Counted from the first letter of the stretch, positions 29,259 through 39,485 are shown. The stretch is 64,000 nucleotides of DNA from Candidatus Latescibacterota bacterium (GCA_963791045.1 CAWBQK010000015.1:1-64000), one strand, 5' to 3'. Translations and numbers: made by a program. Notes: a model not told the origin generated them from the letters alone.

Positions 29259-32123
29259 ATGGCGAACAACACGAACGCACAACAATGTTGGCGACGCCAC
29301 ATTTTCCTGCTGGCCCTCTCGGTGCTTGCCACGTTGGCGCTTCTTGACTGCACCCAAAAACCCAAAAACGATCTGCTGGACGGCCTCTCGCCGGGGTTGA
29401 TCCGGCACTTGGTGTCGAGTGACGACAGCACGCTCGCCCGTTACTTTCGCCACATGGGTTACGCGGATTTCCGCGAGATAATCAACACCGTGGCAAAAAA
29501 TGAATTTCTGGCGTGGCAGGCCGGTCGCGAGGATGATGCGCGAAAGACCAGAGGATATCTAAAACGATTGGCGTACATATTCGCCGTGTATCGACATACA
29601 CCCAAACCCCTTCGAGATGTCGAATTTCGCGAACGTTTACCCCGCGACACACACGATGAATTGATTAGGGCCAGATTCGAACTTCATCTCTTGAACAAGG
29701 ACACCATTCTGTCCGCGCGGGAGCGAATGGATGCGTTCACTCTGTTGATGGGGCGACTTGCGTCTCTGAAAGATACGGTGTCGGTTGCGATGTGCCAGTG
29801 GCATATCGCCTTTGCTGCAGCGGCGCTTGGCGATCAAAAAAAACACCGGACATTTTTGCGGCAGGCTTATGAAGGCTTCGCGGCGCTTGGCCATCATTCG
29901 ATGACGTGCCAGGCCCTTGGCGTCCTCGGAGTCCACCACGAACGGGCGGGTCAAATTGACTCGATGATCGTCTGTTACGAGGAAGCATGGAGAATCGCCA
30001 ACCGAAGCCGTATGGGGAACCAGGCTGCCCGAATCTTGTCCTTCTACGGCGGGCACTACCGGCGCCAGGGGCGGCTCGACCTGGAGCGTCTTCTCCATCT
30101 TCGCGCCGTGGAAGTCGCGCGAGCGTACAATGCAGGCTACCGTGAGATTCGTTTTGTCTATCAGGCGATGCGGTTCCATGCAGATCTCGAGTGCTGGGAT
30201 GTCGTCGAGAAACTTCTCCCACAGGCCCAGGGAATCAAGCGCCGAGGTGCGAACAGGGATTTGGGGATTTTTGAAATTAACTACCTCCGCAGCGATGCAA
30301 TCGGTGCCCGGCTGAAAATGGCACGCGGGGATGTGACCGGCGCGAAAAAAATGTTTGACAGAGTCCTTCAGCGCATATCGGAACTCAACCTTCCTTACGA
30401 GTACCGGGGCGAAGATGATTCTATGTACGTTTACCGTTCGAGGGGCTTTTTGGAAAACGGCCACCCGGCAGACGCCCTCGCAGATACACGCCAGGCGCTT
30501 TCCCGCCCGCCGGATGAGACGACCCCGTTTTGGTCCGCGCATCTCGCGCTTCTCATGGCAAAAGCCGCATTCGAATTGGATGACAACTCAACCGCGGAGT
30601 CGGCGCTCGAGGACTTTGATCGATTCTCAGTCGGCGTGGAACATTCCCTTCGGAGAGAGCTGACGGAACGTGACGCGCTTTACGGGAGGATCGCGTTGTC
30701 ACGCGGAAATACAACGAGCGCTGCCGCCGCACTCATGGCAGGCCTCGCCAGGCTCGAACAGATCGCGACAACGATTGATGCAAGTGTTGGAAGTTACATA
30801 TGGCTGGCCGGCTGCCGAGATCTCCGAAATCTCATGCATGAACTGACGTCCGACGACCCACTTGCCGGATACGGCGCGGAGCTTTATTGGCGCGGACTCT
30901 TTGCGCAACTCGGAGCCGAGCACCGCGGTGGACGCACGTCACGCGTGTCTTCCGTATCTGTTTCCTTGACGAACTCCGCCACGGGCGGATTGAGTTCTGA
31001 TTTCGAAAACTTCATACCTGTTTTACGCTCCAACGGCGAGAGAAACCGCGTGCGGACGGCGGCGCTCGACGCCGTTCATTGTGTTTACCTCGTGCGCAAT
31101 GGAAATATCTGGCGATGGACAGCATCCCGTAGCGGGATTCGGCGAGAAACACTTTCGGCGGACGCGAAGATCGTGCGAGGACTGGTGACAAGAACCGTCA
31201 AGATGATGTCGAATCATCCACGTGAGAGGGATTCTGTCCCGTCGACTGAGCTGCGTAAGACATTGCAAAAACTGGCCAAAGTGCTGCTCCCAGGCGAGAT
31301 GTGCCGGGTGAATGCCGCTGATACCTTTGACGTTTCAACATTCTTTGTCACGACGGACGGTTTTCTCGGACAGATTCCCTTCGAGGCTTTGGATGTTGGA
31401 AACGGTGACGCCTACAATCCGCTTCTTGCCGATCGTGACGTGGCATACATCCGAAGCCCGACCGTACGGAAGCCTCGCACCGCAACTGGGCCCGGTGTCA
31501 TTCTGGTGAATGCCGGGGCGACGGGTGTCCGCGAACACTTCGTTTCCCAACCCTCGCTTCGCTATGTTGAACCCGAGGGCAAAACGGTATTTCTCATCGA
31601 TTCCACAGCCAAATATCTGTCGGGAGATGCGGCCACCAAACCTCGGCTGACCTCCCTTTGGGAAGATTCTCCGTTTGTTTATATGGCGACACATACGATA
31701 TACGATCCAGAGGCGCCATACCTCGTGATGATCCCTCTCGCCGCTTCACACGATAATCCCGCACCCGACGCCGCCTACCTCGATATTTCCGATATCCGGC
31801 TGGCGGATCTCGGCGGGTGTGAAATTGTGGTTCTTTCGTCATGCTCAAGCGGTACGCCATATGTTCAACACAACACTTTTGGCCCGGGTCTCGGAGACGC
31901 GTTTCTTGACGCCGGAGCGGGAGCCGTCGTTCACACGTTCTGGAATGTCAAGGACGAGGACGCGCGCCGGATCGGCACTCGTTTCGTGGGAAGCTGGAAA
32001 AGGGATGGAACACCGGCCGTCCGTGCGCTCTCCGATGTCCGCCGCGAGGAGATGCGCGGGCCGGAGGGGATCCGACATCCGTCCTACTGGGCGGCGTACG
32101 CGATCAAGCTGTCGCGGTTTTGA
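29259..32123 (+). CDS. TPR-CHAT (caspase HetF associated with TPRs) protease
   Basis: N-terminal hydrophobic segment and TPR-like helices, then CHAT motifs DGFLGQIPFEAL, ATK, YMATH (catalytic His), VVLSSC (catalytic Cys), GLGDAFLDAGA..VV.TFW.V.D and HPSYWAAY. Confidence 0.88.
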   Translation: MANNTNAQQCWRRHIFLLALSVLATLALLDCTQKPKNDLLDGLSPGLIRHLVSSDDSTLARYFRHMGYADFREIINTVAKNEFLAWQAGREDDARKTRGYLKRLAYIFAVYRHTPKPLRDVEFRERLPRDTHDELIRARFELHLLNKDTILSARERMDAFTLLMGRLASLKDTVSVAMCQWHIAFAAAALGDQKKHRTFLRQAYEGFAALGHHSMTCQALGVLGVHHERAGQIDSMIVCYEEAWRIANRSRMGNQAARILSFYGGHYRRQGRLDLERLLHLRAVEVARAYNAGYREIRFVYQAMRFHADLECWDVVEKLLPQAQGIKRRGANRDLGIFEINYLRSDAIGARLKMARGDVTGAKKMFDRVLQRISELNLPYEYRGEDDSMYVYRSRGFLENGHPADALADTRQALSRPPDETTPFWSAHLALLMAKAAFELDDNSTAESALEDFDRFSVGVEHSLRRELTERDALYGRIALSRGNTTSAAAALMAGLARLEQIATTIDASVGSYIWLAGCRDLRNLMHELTSDDPLAGYGAELYWRGLFAQLGAEHRGGRTSRVSSVSVSLTNSATGGLSSDFENFIPVLRSNGERNRVRTAALDAVHCVYLVRNGNIWRWTASRSGIRRETLSADAKIVRGLVTRTVKMMSNHPRERDSVPSTELRKTLQKLAKVLLPGEMCRVNAADTFDVSTFFVTTDGFLGQIPFEALDVGNGDAYNPLLADRDVAYIRSPTVRKPRTATGPGVILVNAGATGVREHFVSQPSLRYVEPEGKTVFLIDSTAKYLSGDAATKPRLTSLWEDSPFVYMATHTIYDPEAPYLVMIPLAASHDNPAPDAAYLDISDIRLADLGGCEIVVLSSCSSGTPYVQHNTFGPGLGDAFLDAGAGAVVHTFWNVKDEDARRIGTRFVGSWKRDGTPAVRALSDVRREEMRGPEGIRHPSYWAAYAIKLSRF

Positions 32124-32169
32124 ATGGGTTGTGGATTTGACATGAAAATAAACTGCGATTCCAAGATGT

Positions 32170-32210
32170 GAAACGGTGGCCGAGGCAATTTTATCCCCGG
32201 CCACCGTTTC
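32170..32210. terminator. 13-bp inverted repeat between convergent genes
   Basis: gaaacggtggccg ... cggccaccgtttc. Confidence 0.6.
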
Positions 32211-32239
32211 TTCCATCTCATTGCATGTGCGACTTCGTT

Positions 32240-34558
32240 CTACTTGAGCAAAACGATTTTCGACGTCAGTACTTCATTGGCCATAGCGAACTTCACGAAG
32301 TACACGCCCGTCGCCACGGCGTCGCCGGCTTCACTCGTCGAATCCCACAGGACCGAGTGGGCGCCCTGGTATTTGTGACCGGACACCAACCGCTTGACAA
32401 AGCTACCATCCGCGGCATAGACGGAAATGTCAATATTGCCTGCCGCCGGAACGTTGTAGGTTATCGTCGTCGTCGGATTGAACGGGTTTGGAACCGCCCT
32501 GACAAACGGAACAACCGCATCCACTTGATCGGGTGAAAAAAGTGGGCGCGGCGGATCCTTGAGGCCACACGCTGTGCTCGATCGCGTCATCGTTATGGAA
32601 TTAACGGTCGCCCCGTCTATCTTGGCGTAAACCTTGAACTGATACGTCGTGGTTTGTTCGACCGGTATTCTCGCAAAATAGTAGCGCTCGTCGTCACAGT
32701 CCTCGCCCTGAATGGGGTCTACCGACTGCCATGTGATCGCACTGAGCTTCTTGTAATACACCTTGTTATCCGTCGACGGGAATTTTGTGCTCCATTCCAC
32801 ACTGATCTTGCATTGACTGGAATTGAACGTGTGTGAAATATCGTAGATCGGCTGATAGCTGTTCGTCAATTCAAACGAGCCGACAACATCCGGAAATGGC
32901 GTGCTTCCATAGTCCGCGGTGATCTTGTAGCAATACTCAGTCGATGCCGGCAGGTCGTACAACGTGATCACGTGCTGCATCCCCGACTGACCCGCTATGG
33001 ATTCGCTATAGTCGCACGGATAACAATCCATCATTCGATCGTATTCCACCGTAGGGATCGTGGGCGCCGTGGTTTCAAACGTGAATGTGGCATCCCATGT
33101 TTCCGTGCCCGAATCAAAGACGGTTGTGACTTCCACGTTCGCAATTGCCAGGTCCCCCGAGGAATATTTCGACAGAAATGCGTCCCAGTCACCGTTGCTG
33201 GTCAGCACGTTACCATTTCCAAAATCCACGGTGTTTTTGAAAAAACCACCCAGAAACACGAATCCATCGTCGTCAACCGAAACCGATTCCCCGCTCTCAC
33301 CACCGCCACTCGCACCAATCTTGATACTCCAATCGTGATCGAGGTCCACATCGAATTTCGCAAGAAAGGCGTCGTCATCTCCATTGAATGAAGCACCGCC
33401 GAGATTTATGGAATCATGGAAATACCCCGACATGTACACGTACCCATCGTGAAAATCGACGGCCTTGCCGCTGTCGTAACCGCCCCCCCCAAATCCCTTG
33501 CTAAAACGGTGATACCTCACTCCTCCCACAGTCGATGTCAAAGACACAAGAAATGCGTCTTGCGAATTGACGGCAACAAGCGGACTCCCGGGGGAGGGGC
33601 CGGTAAAGTCCACCGTACCCCCGAACTGGCCCGCGAAGAACACTCGCCCATACTCATCCGTCGTGATGCTGTGACCCTCATCGTCGTAGAGACCGCCAAA
33701 AGACTGACTCGACAAATGATTCAGGGACGAATCAAACGTGACCACAAAAATGTCTTTACCCCCATTGTTTGTCAACGCACCACCACCAAAATCAATCGTA
33801 CCCGACTCGAAATAACCCGTTACAATCAAATTGTTGTTGGCGTCGACACAGACGCCCTTGGCCGCATCATTGTATGGCTCGTGGAACCACTTTTCGGCCA
33901 ACTTGTATCCGTCGCTGTTCCGAAGCTTGGCGATATAGACTTCAATATTTCCGGCACCGGCGCCCTGATCGTCTTCCCCCACGACATAGACATCACCCAA
34001 AGAGTCCGTACAGATTCCCCAACCGATATCCACACTGTAATTTCCAAAGTTTTTGCTCCAAAGACACGCCCCATCAGCTCCGGTGTATTTGGCCACAAAA
34101 ATATCGGCGTATCCGATTCCATCCAGGACATTCCCATCTCCAAAATCAACACTGCCAGCAAAACGGCCGGTCACAAACACGTCACCGTTTGGATCGAAGC
34201 AGACACCATAACCCTTATCCTCAGATTCATTGTGATACCCAAAGCTCGTGCTCCACAGGTGGTTTCCCGTATTGTCAAACATTGCCACGAACGCATCGAA
34301 ATTCCCAGCACTGGTGAGAACATCTCCGCCGAGATCGATGCTTCCTTCAAATCCACCCGTGACGGCCACATTTCCATCGCCATCAGTCGCAACAGACCAA
34401 ATCATCTGTTGATTGGCGTCCCCAAATCCGGAACTCCAAATATTCCACTGCGCCATACAGGGAGACACGGACAAGGAGACGGTAAGCACGAGCGCGACGA
34501 CCGCTCCAATCAGCCATCCAGCTTCACATTTTCCAAATGTCACGAATCTCGAATTCAT
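32240..34558 (-). CDS. Secreted beta-propeller (SBBP-like) repeat protein with FlgD-Ig/T9SS-like C-terminal domain
   Basis: Signal peptide, about seven repeats of WS..FG...D.G..V..D..G.V.V.G.F, FN3-like modules and C-terminal PNPFNPTT..WD......VATGVYF..KIVLLK. Confidence 0.82.
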   Translation of the reverse strand: MNSRFVTFGKCEAGWLIGAVVALVLTVSLSVSPCMAQWNIWSSGFGDANQQMIWSVATDGDGNVAVTGGFEGSIDLGGDVLTSAGNFDAFVAMFDNTGNHLWSTSFGYHNESEDKGYGVCFDPNGDVFVTGRFAGSVDFGDGNVLDGIGYADIFVAKYTGADGACLWSKNFGNYSVDIGWGICTDSLGDVYVVGEDDQGAGAGNIEVYIAKLRNSDGYKLAEKWFHEPYNDAAKGVCVDANNNLIVTGYFESGTIDFGGGALTNNGGKDIFVVTFDSSLNHLSSQSFGGLYDDEGHSITTDEYGRVFFAGQFGGTVDFTGPSPGSPLVAVNSQDAFLVSLTSTVGGVRYHRFSKGFGGGGYDSGKAVDFHDGYVYMSGYFHDSINLGGASFNGDDDAFLAKFDVDLDHDWSIKIGASGGGESGESVSVDDDGFVFLGGFFKNTVDFGNGNVLTSNGDWDAFLSKYSSGDLAIANVEVTTVFDSGTETWDATFTFETTAPTIPTVEYDRMMDCYPCDYSESIAGQSGMQHVITLYDLPASTEYCYKITADYGSTPFPDVVGSFELTNSYQPIYDISHTFNSSQCKISVEWSTKFPSTDNKVYYKKLSAITWQSVDPIQGEDCDDERYYFARIPVEQTTTYQFKVYAKIDGATVNSITMTRSSTACGLKDPPRPLFSPDQVDAVVPFVRAVPNPFNPTTTITYNVPAAGNIDISVYAADGSFVKRLVSGHKYQGAHSVLWDSTSEAGDAVATGVYFVKFAMANEVLTSKIVLLK

Positions 34559-34773
34559 GACTTCTCCTTTCAGATATTGCACTTGACTTGCTTGGTCGTC
34601 ACAGCGCTACGGCCTGTTCCGACCACTCAACCCATTCGGTGGCTATCATTTTAGTGTCACAGCTTCACGATCGCTCCGCCGACATTCATTTAAAGAGGTA
34701 CGGAACAGCTTCCTGTTTTACACAAAAACTCCACAACAACGTTGTTCAGACAGGGATAAAGAACGAGGGAAAC

Positions 34774-34820
34774 AAAAAAAGCCCGGCCATCGAGTCTCCA
34801 CTCGACAACCGGGCTTTTTT
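34774..34820. terminator. Intrinsic terminator
   Basis: aaaaaaagcccgg..tcgagt-ctcc-actcga..ccgggctttttt. Confidence 0.8.
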
Positions 34821-34847
34821 AACCCGTGATCTCAAAAGAGCCACGGA

Positions 34848-36912
34848 CTATTTCAGAAACACCATCTTTTTTGACAGCGTGTGCTTGCCCGCGGTGAGAC
34901 GGTAGAAGTAAACACCCGAGCTCACGGGGTTTCCCGCGCCGTCCAAACCATCCCATTCAACACTTCGCGTACCCGCGGGTTGATCTTCGTTGACAAGAGC
35001 CCGAACGAGCTTTCCGTCCGGACCGTAGATCGCCAGCGCCACACGCCCCGCTTCGGGGACGGTAAACGAAATCGCCGTCACGGGGTTGAAGGGGTTGGGG
35101 TGATTTTGCGCGAGCGACAAAGATATTTCCGCCGAACCGACAGTTACCGGTCGTGATGAGACACTCGCTGTTGTCGGCGAGAACGACACCCAATCGGTAG
35201 GTGTACCCCTCATCGCGCCGCGCCGTCTCGTCGGTGAATGATTTTTTGTCCGGCGCAATCAGCCGTCCGCCGTTCAAAAGATCGAGACGCTCGAAAGCCC
35301 CCGTCTGGCGGTACAGCCGGTAACCGGCGACCTCTTCGTCGGACAAGACATCCCACATGAGATCGACACCCACAGCTCCCCACGCGGCATCGAACCCGTT
35401 TATAAACACAGGCACCGGGTTTTCAATCGGGATGATCCAGTGGACGTTTGTTTCATTTCCCGCCAGACCTGTCATGTAGTGCATGCTGTCTTCATCCGCA
35501 TACCCGCAGTATGTCCGGAAGAATTCTTCCTGTTCGCAGTCATGATTTATATAAACGACCTCGCCTGCGCCAACATCGACGGGGGTCCCGGGATTACACG
35601 GATCGACAACAACACCCGTCCGTGGTCCGTGGACGGCCGTCTCGCGGCCGGCAACACCGGTGGACGGGTCGCCGTCGAGGTTGAACCAGGCTCCGTCGAA
35701 TGTGAGCTTGGCCATCGCCGCGTTTTCTTTGAGCCCCTCGAGACCGTCGCCGACGACAAGAGCGACCTGGAACTTGACAGACTCCCCGGGCGGGAGCTCG
35801 GAAAATGGCCCCACACTCAAAAGCACCCGGTGGTCACGAGGAATCAGCGTGTTCGACTCAATGGTTTCCTGGGAAAGGATTTCGTATCTCTCGAAGTCGT
35901 TGGTCGGGTCGCCGCCCTCTTCGTACGACTGGTCGCCGGAGAAGTTCGCAAATGTCGACGTGCTGACGTGTAGCGGCGCGTTAACTCCGAATGGATCCGT
36001 TGTGTGTCCGAGAAGTACGACTCCTAAATAGCTGGTCGCTTGCCCCCCGTCACCGTCGACATCATAGGCATACGCCATATCGAACTGTGTCGGTCCCAGC
36101 GGCGTACACACGGCGACGTGCGTGAAGGCGCTCGCATCATCTGCGTAGTAGTTCGGGGTATCCCTGTGACCGATGTCCGGGTCGGCAAAGAACGCAATAA
36201 ACACATCATCGAGAACAACGCTTCCAATATTTGTTATCGTAAACTCGATACCGACAAAGTCATCGAACATCGGGTGAGCCCACTGATAGCTCTCCTGGCG
36301 GACCATAATATCGAGAGGGTTGTGGTCGGGGTAGATCGCAATCGCTTCGGGCGTATTGTCCGCGAACCAGCAGCTGAACATCTGGTCGGATATCGCAGCG
36401 AAGTCTTCGTCGATCATTCCGTCGAGGTCGTCGTCGTGACCGTTGAGCCAATCTTCATCGACCATTCCGTCCCCGTCGTCATCGGCGTCAACCGATGGAT
36501 ACCGGTTCCCGCCAAGCGCGCCTTCAGCCGATCTGTAGATGATATCCACCGGATCGGCGGTCGGTCGAAACTCCGAAGCAAATATTGAGGTGGACACACC
36601 GGGCACACCGAGCTTCAACGCACCCACCCACAGCCCACCCGCATAGAGATGTTCGATCCGGCTCCCCACCGGCCACTCCGCCGACGGCGCGTCAGCGAAA
36701 GGCATCCCCGAACCGGGCATCGATCCGAAGAGCCCCCAGTTTCCGACATGAACGCCAAGCTCACCAACGTTATGAACGTTCGACCCGTCAACGACCAGAA
36801 CTCCCTCGGGTCCCGATCGGATTCCCTTACTAAAATCAATGGGGTTGGCTCCGGTCATCAGAAATGACACCAATACCAGGGCCAGAACGAAACTCAGCCT
36901 TCGGGATCCCAT
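34848..36912 (-). CDS. Secreted protein with acidic Ca-binding-like repeats and FlgD-Ig/T9SS-like CTD (frameshift at about 35160)
   Basis: Signal peptide, VHNVG..NWGLFG..SAEWP..HLYAGGLWVG, DDDGDGMVDED repeats. The CTD (QNHPNPFNP..SSGVYFYRL..KKMVFLK) is in the adjacent frame, ORF 34848-35258. Confidence 0.78.
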
Positions 36913-37008
36913 AGCTGGACCTCCACGGAATATAGTTGCGGTAGCCGCATGGTAAGCGAGGTGGGATGCTCTAACAATGACGCTGCAAGAGCCGTTGCTC
37001 TCACATCA

Positions 37009-37037
37009 ATTATAACGCTCGGAATACTCGCGGTCAA
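37009..37037 (-). promoter_or_regulatory. Sigma70-type promoter for 34848-36912
   Basis: TTGACC-N17-TATAAT. Confidence 0.7.
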
Positions 37038-37128
37038 TACAGCCGTCGTCCTTATTCATACAGAGGCTCTTAAGTTAGTGTTTAACAGCATGTAAACGCC
37101 GCAGAAAATTAAATACGGGCAGACTTGC

Positions 37129-38571
37129 CTAACCCTTGATTACAGCGATCGGTTTGATTTCAGCAACTTTTGTCGTGATCTTCGCGTTGTGAAGCACATC
37201 GACAACCTCACCGACATCCTTGTAGGCCTCCGGCATTTCCTCAGCGAGCGTCCGAGAGTCCTTCGCGACGACGGTGACGCCTTCGCGTTTGAGTTCTTCC
37301 GTGAGCGACCTCCCGCGGCCTTGTTTCAGCGCCGCTTTCCGGCTCAAGACACGGCCCGCGCCGTGACAAGAACTGTAAAACGGGTGATCGTCGCCCTCCG
37401 CCGAACCGACAAGAAGATAAGAGGCGGTTCCCATGTCGCCGGGGACGAAAACCGGCTGTCCCACCCGCCTGAAGCGTGCCGGAATCCTGTCGTCACCTGG
37501 AGGGAGCGCACGGGTTGCGCCCTTGCGGTGGACACAAAGCTTTCGGTCTTTTCCATCCACACGGTGCGTTTCGATTTTTGCGATGTTGTGGCAGACATCG
37601 TAAATCAACCTGAAACCAAGTTCCTGCTCCCCAATCCCGAGCGAGCGTGCAGCGGCACGTTCGGCGATCACCATAAGCGTTTGCCGGTTGGCCCACGCAA
37701 AGTTCGCCGCGGCGGCCATCGCGGCGAGATACGACCGTCCCGTTTCGGAATCCAACGGCGCGGCGGCGAGTTGACGATCGGGGAGATCGAACCTGAACTC
37801 GTGCGCGCGCGACGACATCGTCTTCAGATAGTCGGCGCAAACCTGGTGACCGAGACCGCGCGAACCACAGTGGATCATAAACGTGACATCACCCTCGCGG
37901 AGACCAAACACATCGGCAATCTCCGGTTCAAACACATGGTTGACATAACCGATTTCCAGGAAGTGATTCCCCGAACCCAACGATCCCAACTGGTGGCGCC
38001 CCCGCTCGAGCGCGCGTTCGCTGACCGCAGCGGGGTCCGCCCCGGGCATCGCCCCGTTTTCTTCACAGAATTCGAGGTCCGTGTCCGTTCCAAATCCGTT
38101 TTTGACAACATACGAAGCGCCGTCGACAAGGACCTTTCGAAGTTCTTTTACCGAAAGCTCTCCAAAACCGGTGCCATGCGGTGATGGGCCGGTCGGGATG
38201 CTTTGAAAGAGGTGGTGGATGAGCGGGCCCACCCGGTCGCGAATGTCTTCGATACGGAGATTGCTCGCCATGAGCCGCACACCACAGTTTATGTCGTAAC
38301 CAACACCGCCCGGCGAAACGACACCGTCATCGTCGAACGCCGTCGCCGCGACACCCCCGATCGGGAAACCGTAGCCGACATGGATGTCCGGCATCGCCCA
38401 CGAGTAACCGACAATCCCGGGCAGGTGTGCGACGTTGACAACCTGTGTAAACGACTGTTCGCGGCGGATGACGTCCATCATACGCGCGTCGGCGTATATC
38501 CGCCCCGGGACCCGCATCCGTCCCTCGCGCCGTATCTCCCAGAGCCAATCGGATTTCTTTTCGACCTTCAT
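37129..38571 (-). CDS. rtcB: RNA-splicing/repair ligase RtcB
   Basis: MPDIH.GYGFPIGGV, GVGYDINCG, GSLGSGNHFLE, H.GSRG, HN, HRKGAT, HGAGR, EEMPEAYK. Confidence 0.95.
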   Translation of the reverse strand: MKVEKKSDWLWEIRREGRMRVPGRIYADARMMDVIRREQSFTQVVNVAHLPGIVGYSWAMPDIHVGYGFPIGGVAATAFDDDGVVSPGGVGYDINCGVRLMASNLRIEDIRDRVGPLIHHLFQSIPTGPSPHGTGFGELSVKELRKVLVDGASYVVKNGFGTDTDLEFCEENGAMPGADPAAVSERALERGRHQLGSLGSGNHFLEIGYVNHVFEPEIADVFGLREGDVTFMIHCGSRGLGHQVCADYLKTMSSRAHEFRFDLPDRQLAAAPLDSETGRSYLAAMAAAANFAWANRQTLMVIAERAAARSLGIGEQELGFRLIYDVCHNIAKIETHRVDGKDRKLCVHRKGATRALPPGDDRIPARFRRVGQPVFVPGDMGTASYLLVGSAEGDDHPFYSSCHGAGRVLSRKAALKQGRGRSLTEELKREGVTVVAKDSRTLAEEMPEAYKDVGEVVDVLHNAKITTKVAEIKPIAVIKG

Positions 38572-38690
38572 GGTCTCAACGCCCTCTGTTTCAGAACAAT
38601 AGATACTTCTCCCACACATATTATAACCCCCTCCAGGCCTACCCGGGACATAAATGTCTACCGCCCCCCGATGCTCGCGACCTCGAACAC

Positions 38691-38722
38691 AAAAAAAACC
38701 GGCCCGCATTACACGGGCCGGT
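38691..38722 (-). terminator. Intrinsic terminator
   Basis: accggcccg-N7-cgggccggt followed by a T-tract on the minus strand. Confidence 0.75.
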
Positions 38723-38750
38723 CCTGTCGCGATCCACACAGGCGGATCCG

Positions 38751-39374
38751 TCAGAAATCGAGGAGCACTCCGACTTCCATCTGGAGTGTCCGGATCCTTT
38801 GATCCGTAAAAATAACACCGTACCGCGTCTCGCCAAAAACGGCGAGCGGCATCACGGGGAAGGCAAGCTTCAACCCGACGAGTCCGTCCGCGCTCATCCG
38901 CGCGGCGTCCTGCGCGACGGCAAACGGGTCATCAACGGCGGGAGAAACAAGTCCGGAGTTAGCCATATCGAGAAACACTTCGGTGTTCATGAAGTGCCAA
39001 CCCAGACCGGCGCCGACATAGAGCGATACGGGCGAGGTGGGGATCTGAATCAAATTCTTCTTCACCATCGCCAGGACGTGCAGGTCCTGGAACTCAAAAT
39101 CCCCATTTATCGAATACCCCATGTATTCGTATCCATAGGCAAACGTTTTCGTAAAGTAGTTCGCGTGAAATTCGAAATCGAGAACGGGAAGAGTGGTAAG
39201 TTCGAGGACGAGACCATAATAGGTCGCCCCACCAAGATCACCGCTCGACGGCAAAACATCGCCATCGTAGTTTGCATACCCGATCTTACCGCCTATTGCA
39301 AATCCGGCAGCGCCCGCCGCGGGGGCCACGCCGGCCAGAACGAGAATCCCGATGAGTGCAATTGCTCTTTTCAT
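38751..39374 (-). CDS. Outer-membrane beta-barrel protein
   Basis: Signal peptide, alternating amphipathic strands (LYVGAGLGWH), C-terminal Phe. Confidence 0.75.
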   Translation of the reverse strand: MKRAIALIGILVLAGVAPAAGAAGFAIGGKIGYANYDGDVLPSSGDLGGATYYGLVLELTTLPVLDFEFHANYFTKTFAYGYEYMGYSINGDFEFQDLHVLAMVKKNLIQIPTSPVSLYVGAGLGWHFMNTEVFLDMANSGLVSPAVDDPFAVAQDAARMSADGLVGLKLAFPVMPLAVFGETRYGVIFTDQRIRTLQMEVGVLLDF

Positions 39375-39485
39375 TGTCGCCTCCTTGACGATGTTTCGGG
39401 AAACAAGGAGCAACAACTGCACCACGGGGGTCACGGGGTGGCCAATATTGGCCTCTGAGGATTGTGTGTGGAGACGGCGGCCTAT

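Noticed and set aside
26949-32123. Type III-E CRISPR (Craspase) locus
   Set aside because: No Cas7-11, other cas gene or repeat-spacer array is visible anywhere in the window. Only the protease/sigma logic is shared.
33416-34654. 412-aa ORF on the + strand
   Set aside because: Antisense shadow of the beta-propeller gene.
36405-36495. Repeated gtcgtc/accattccgtc units as a DNA repeat array
   Set aside because: Explained by the encoded DDDxDGMxDED protein repeats.
37129-38571. RtcB as part of the CHAT-ECF module or a defence system
   Set aside because: About 5 kb from the CHAT gene, with an intervening promoter and terminator, and no nuclease or toxin partner nearby.
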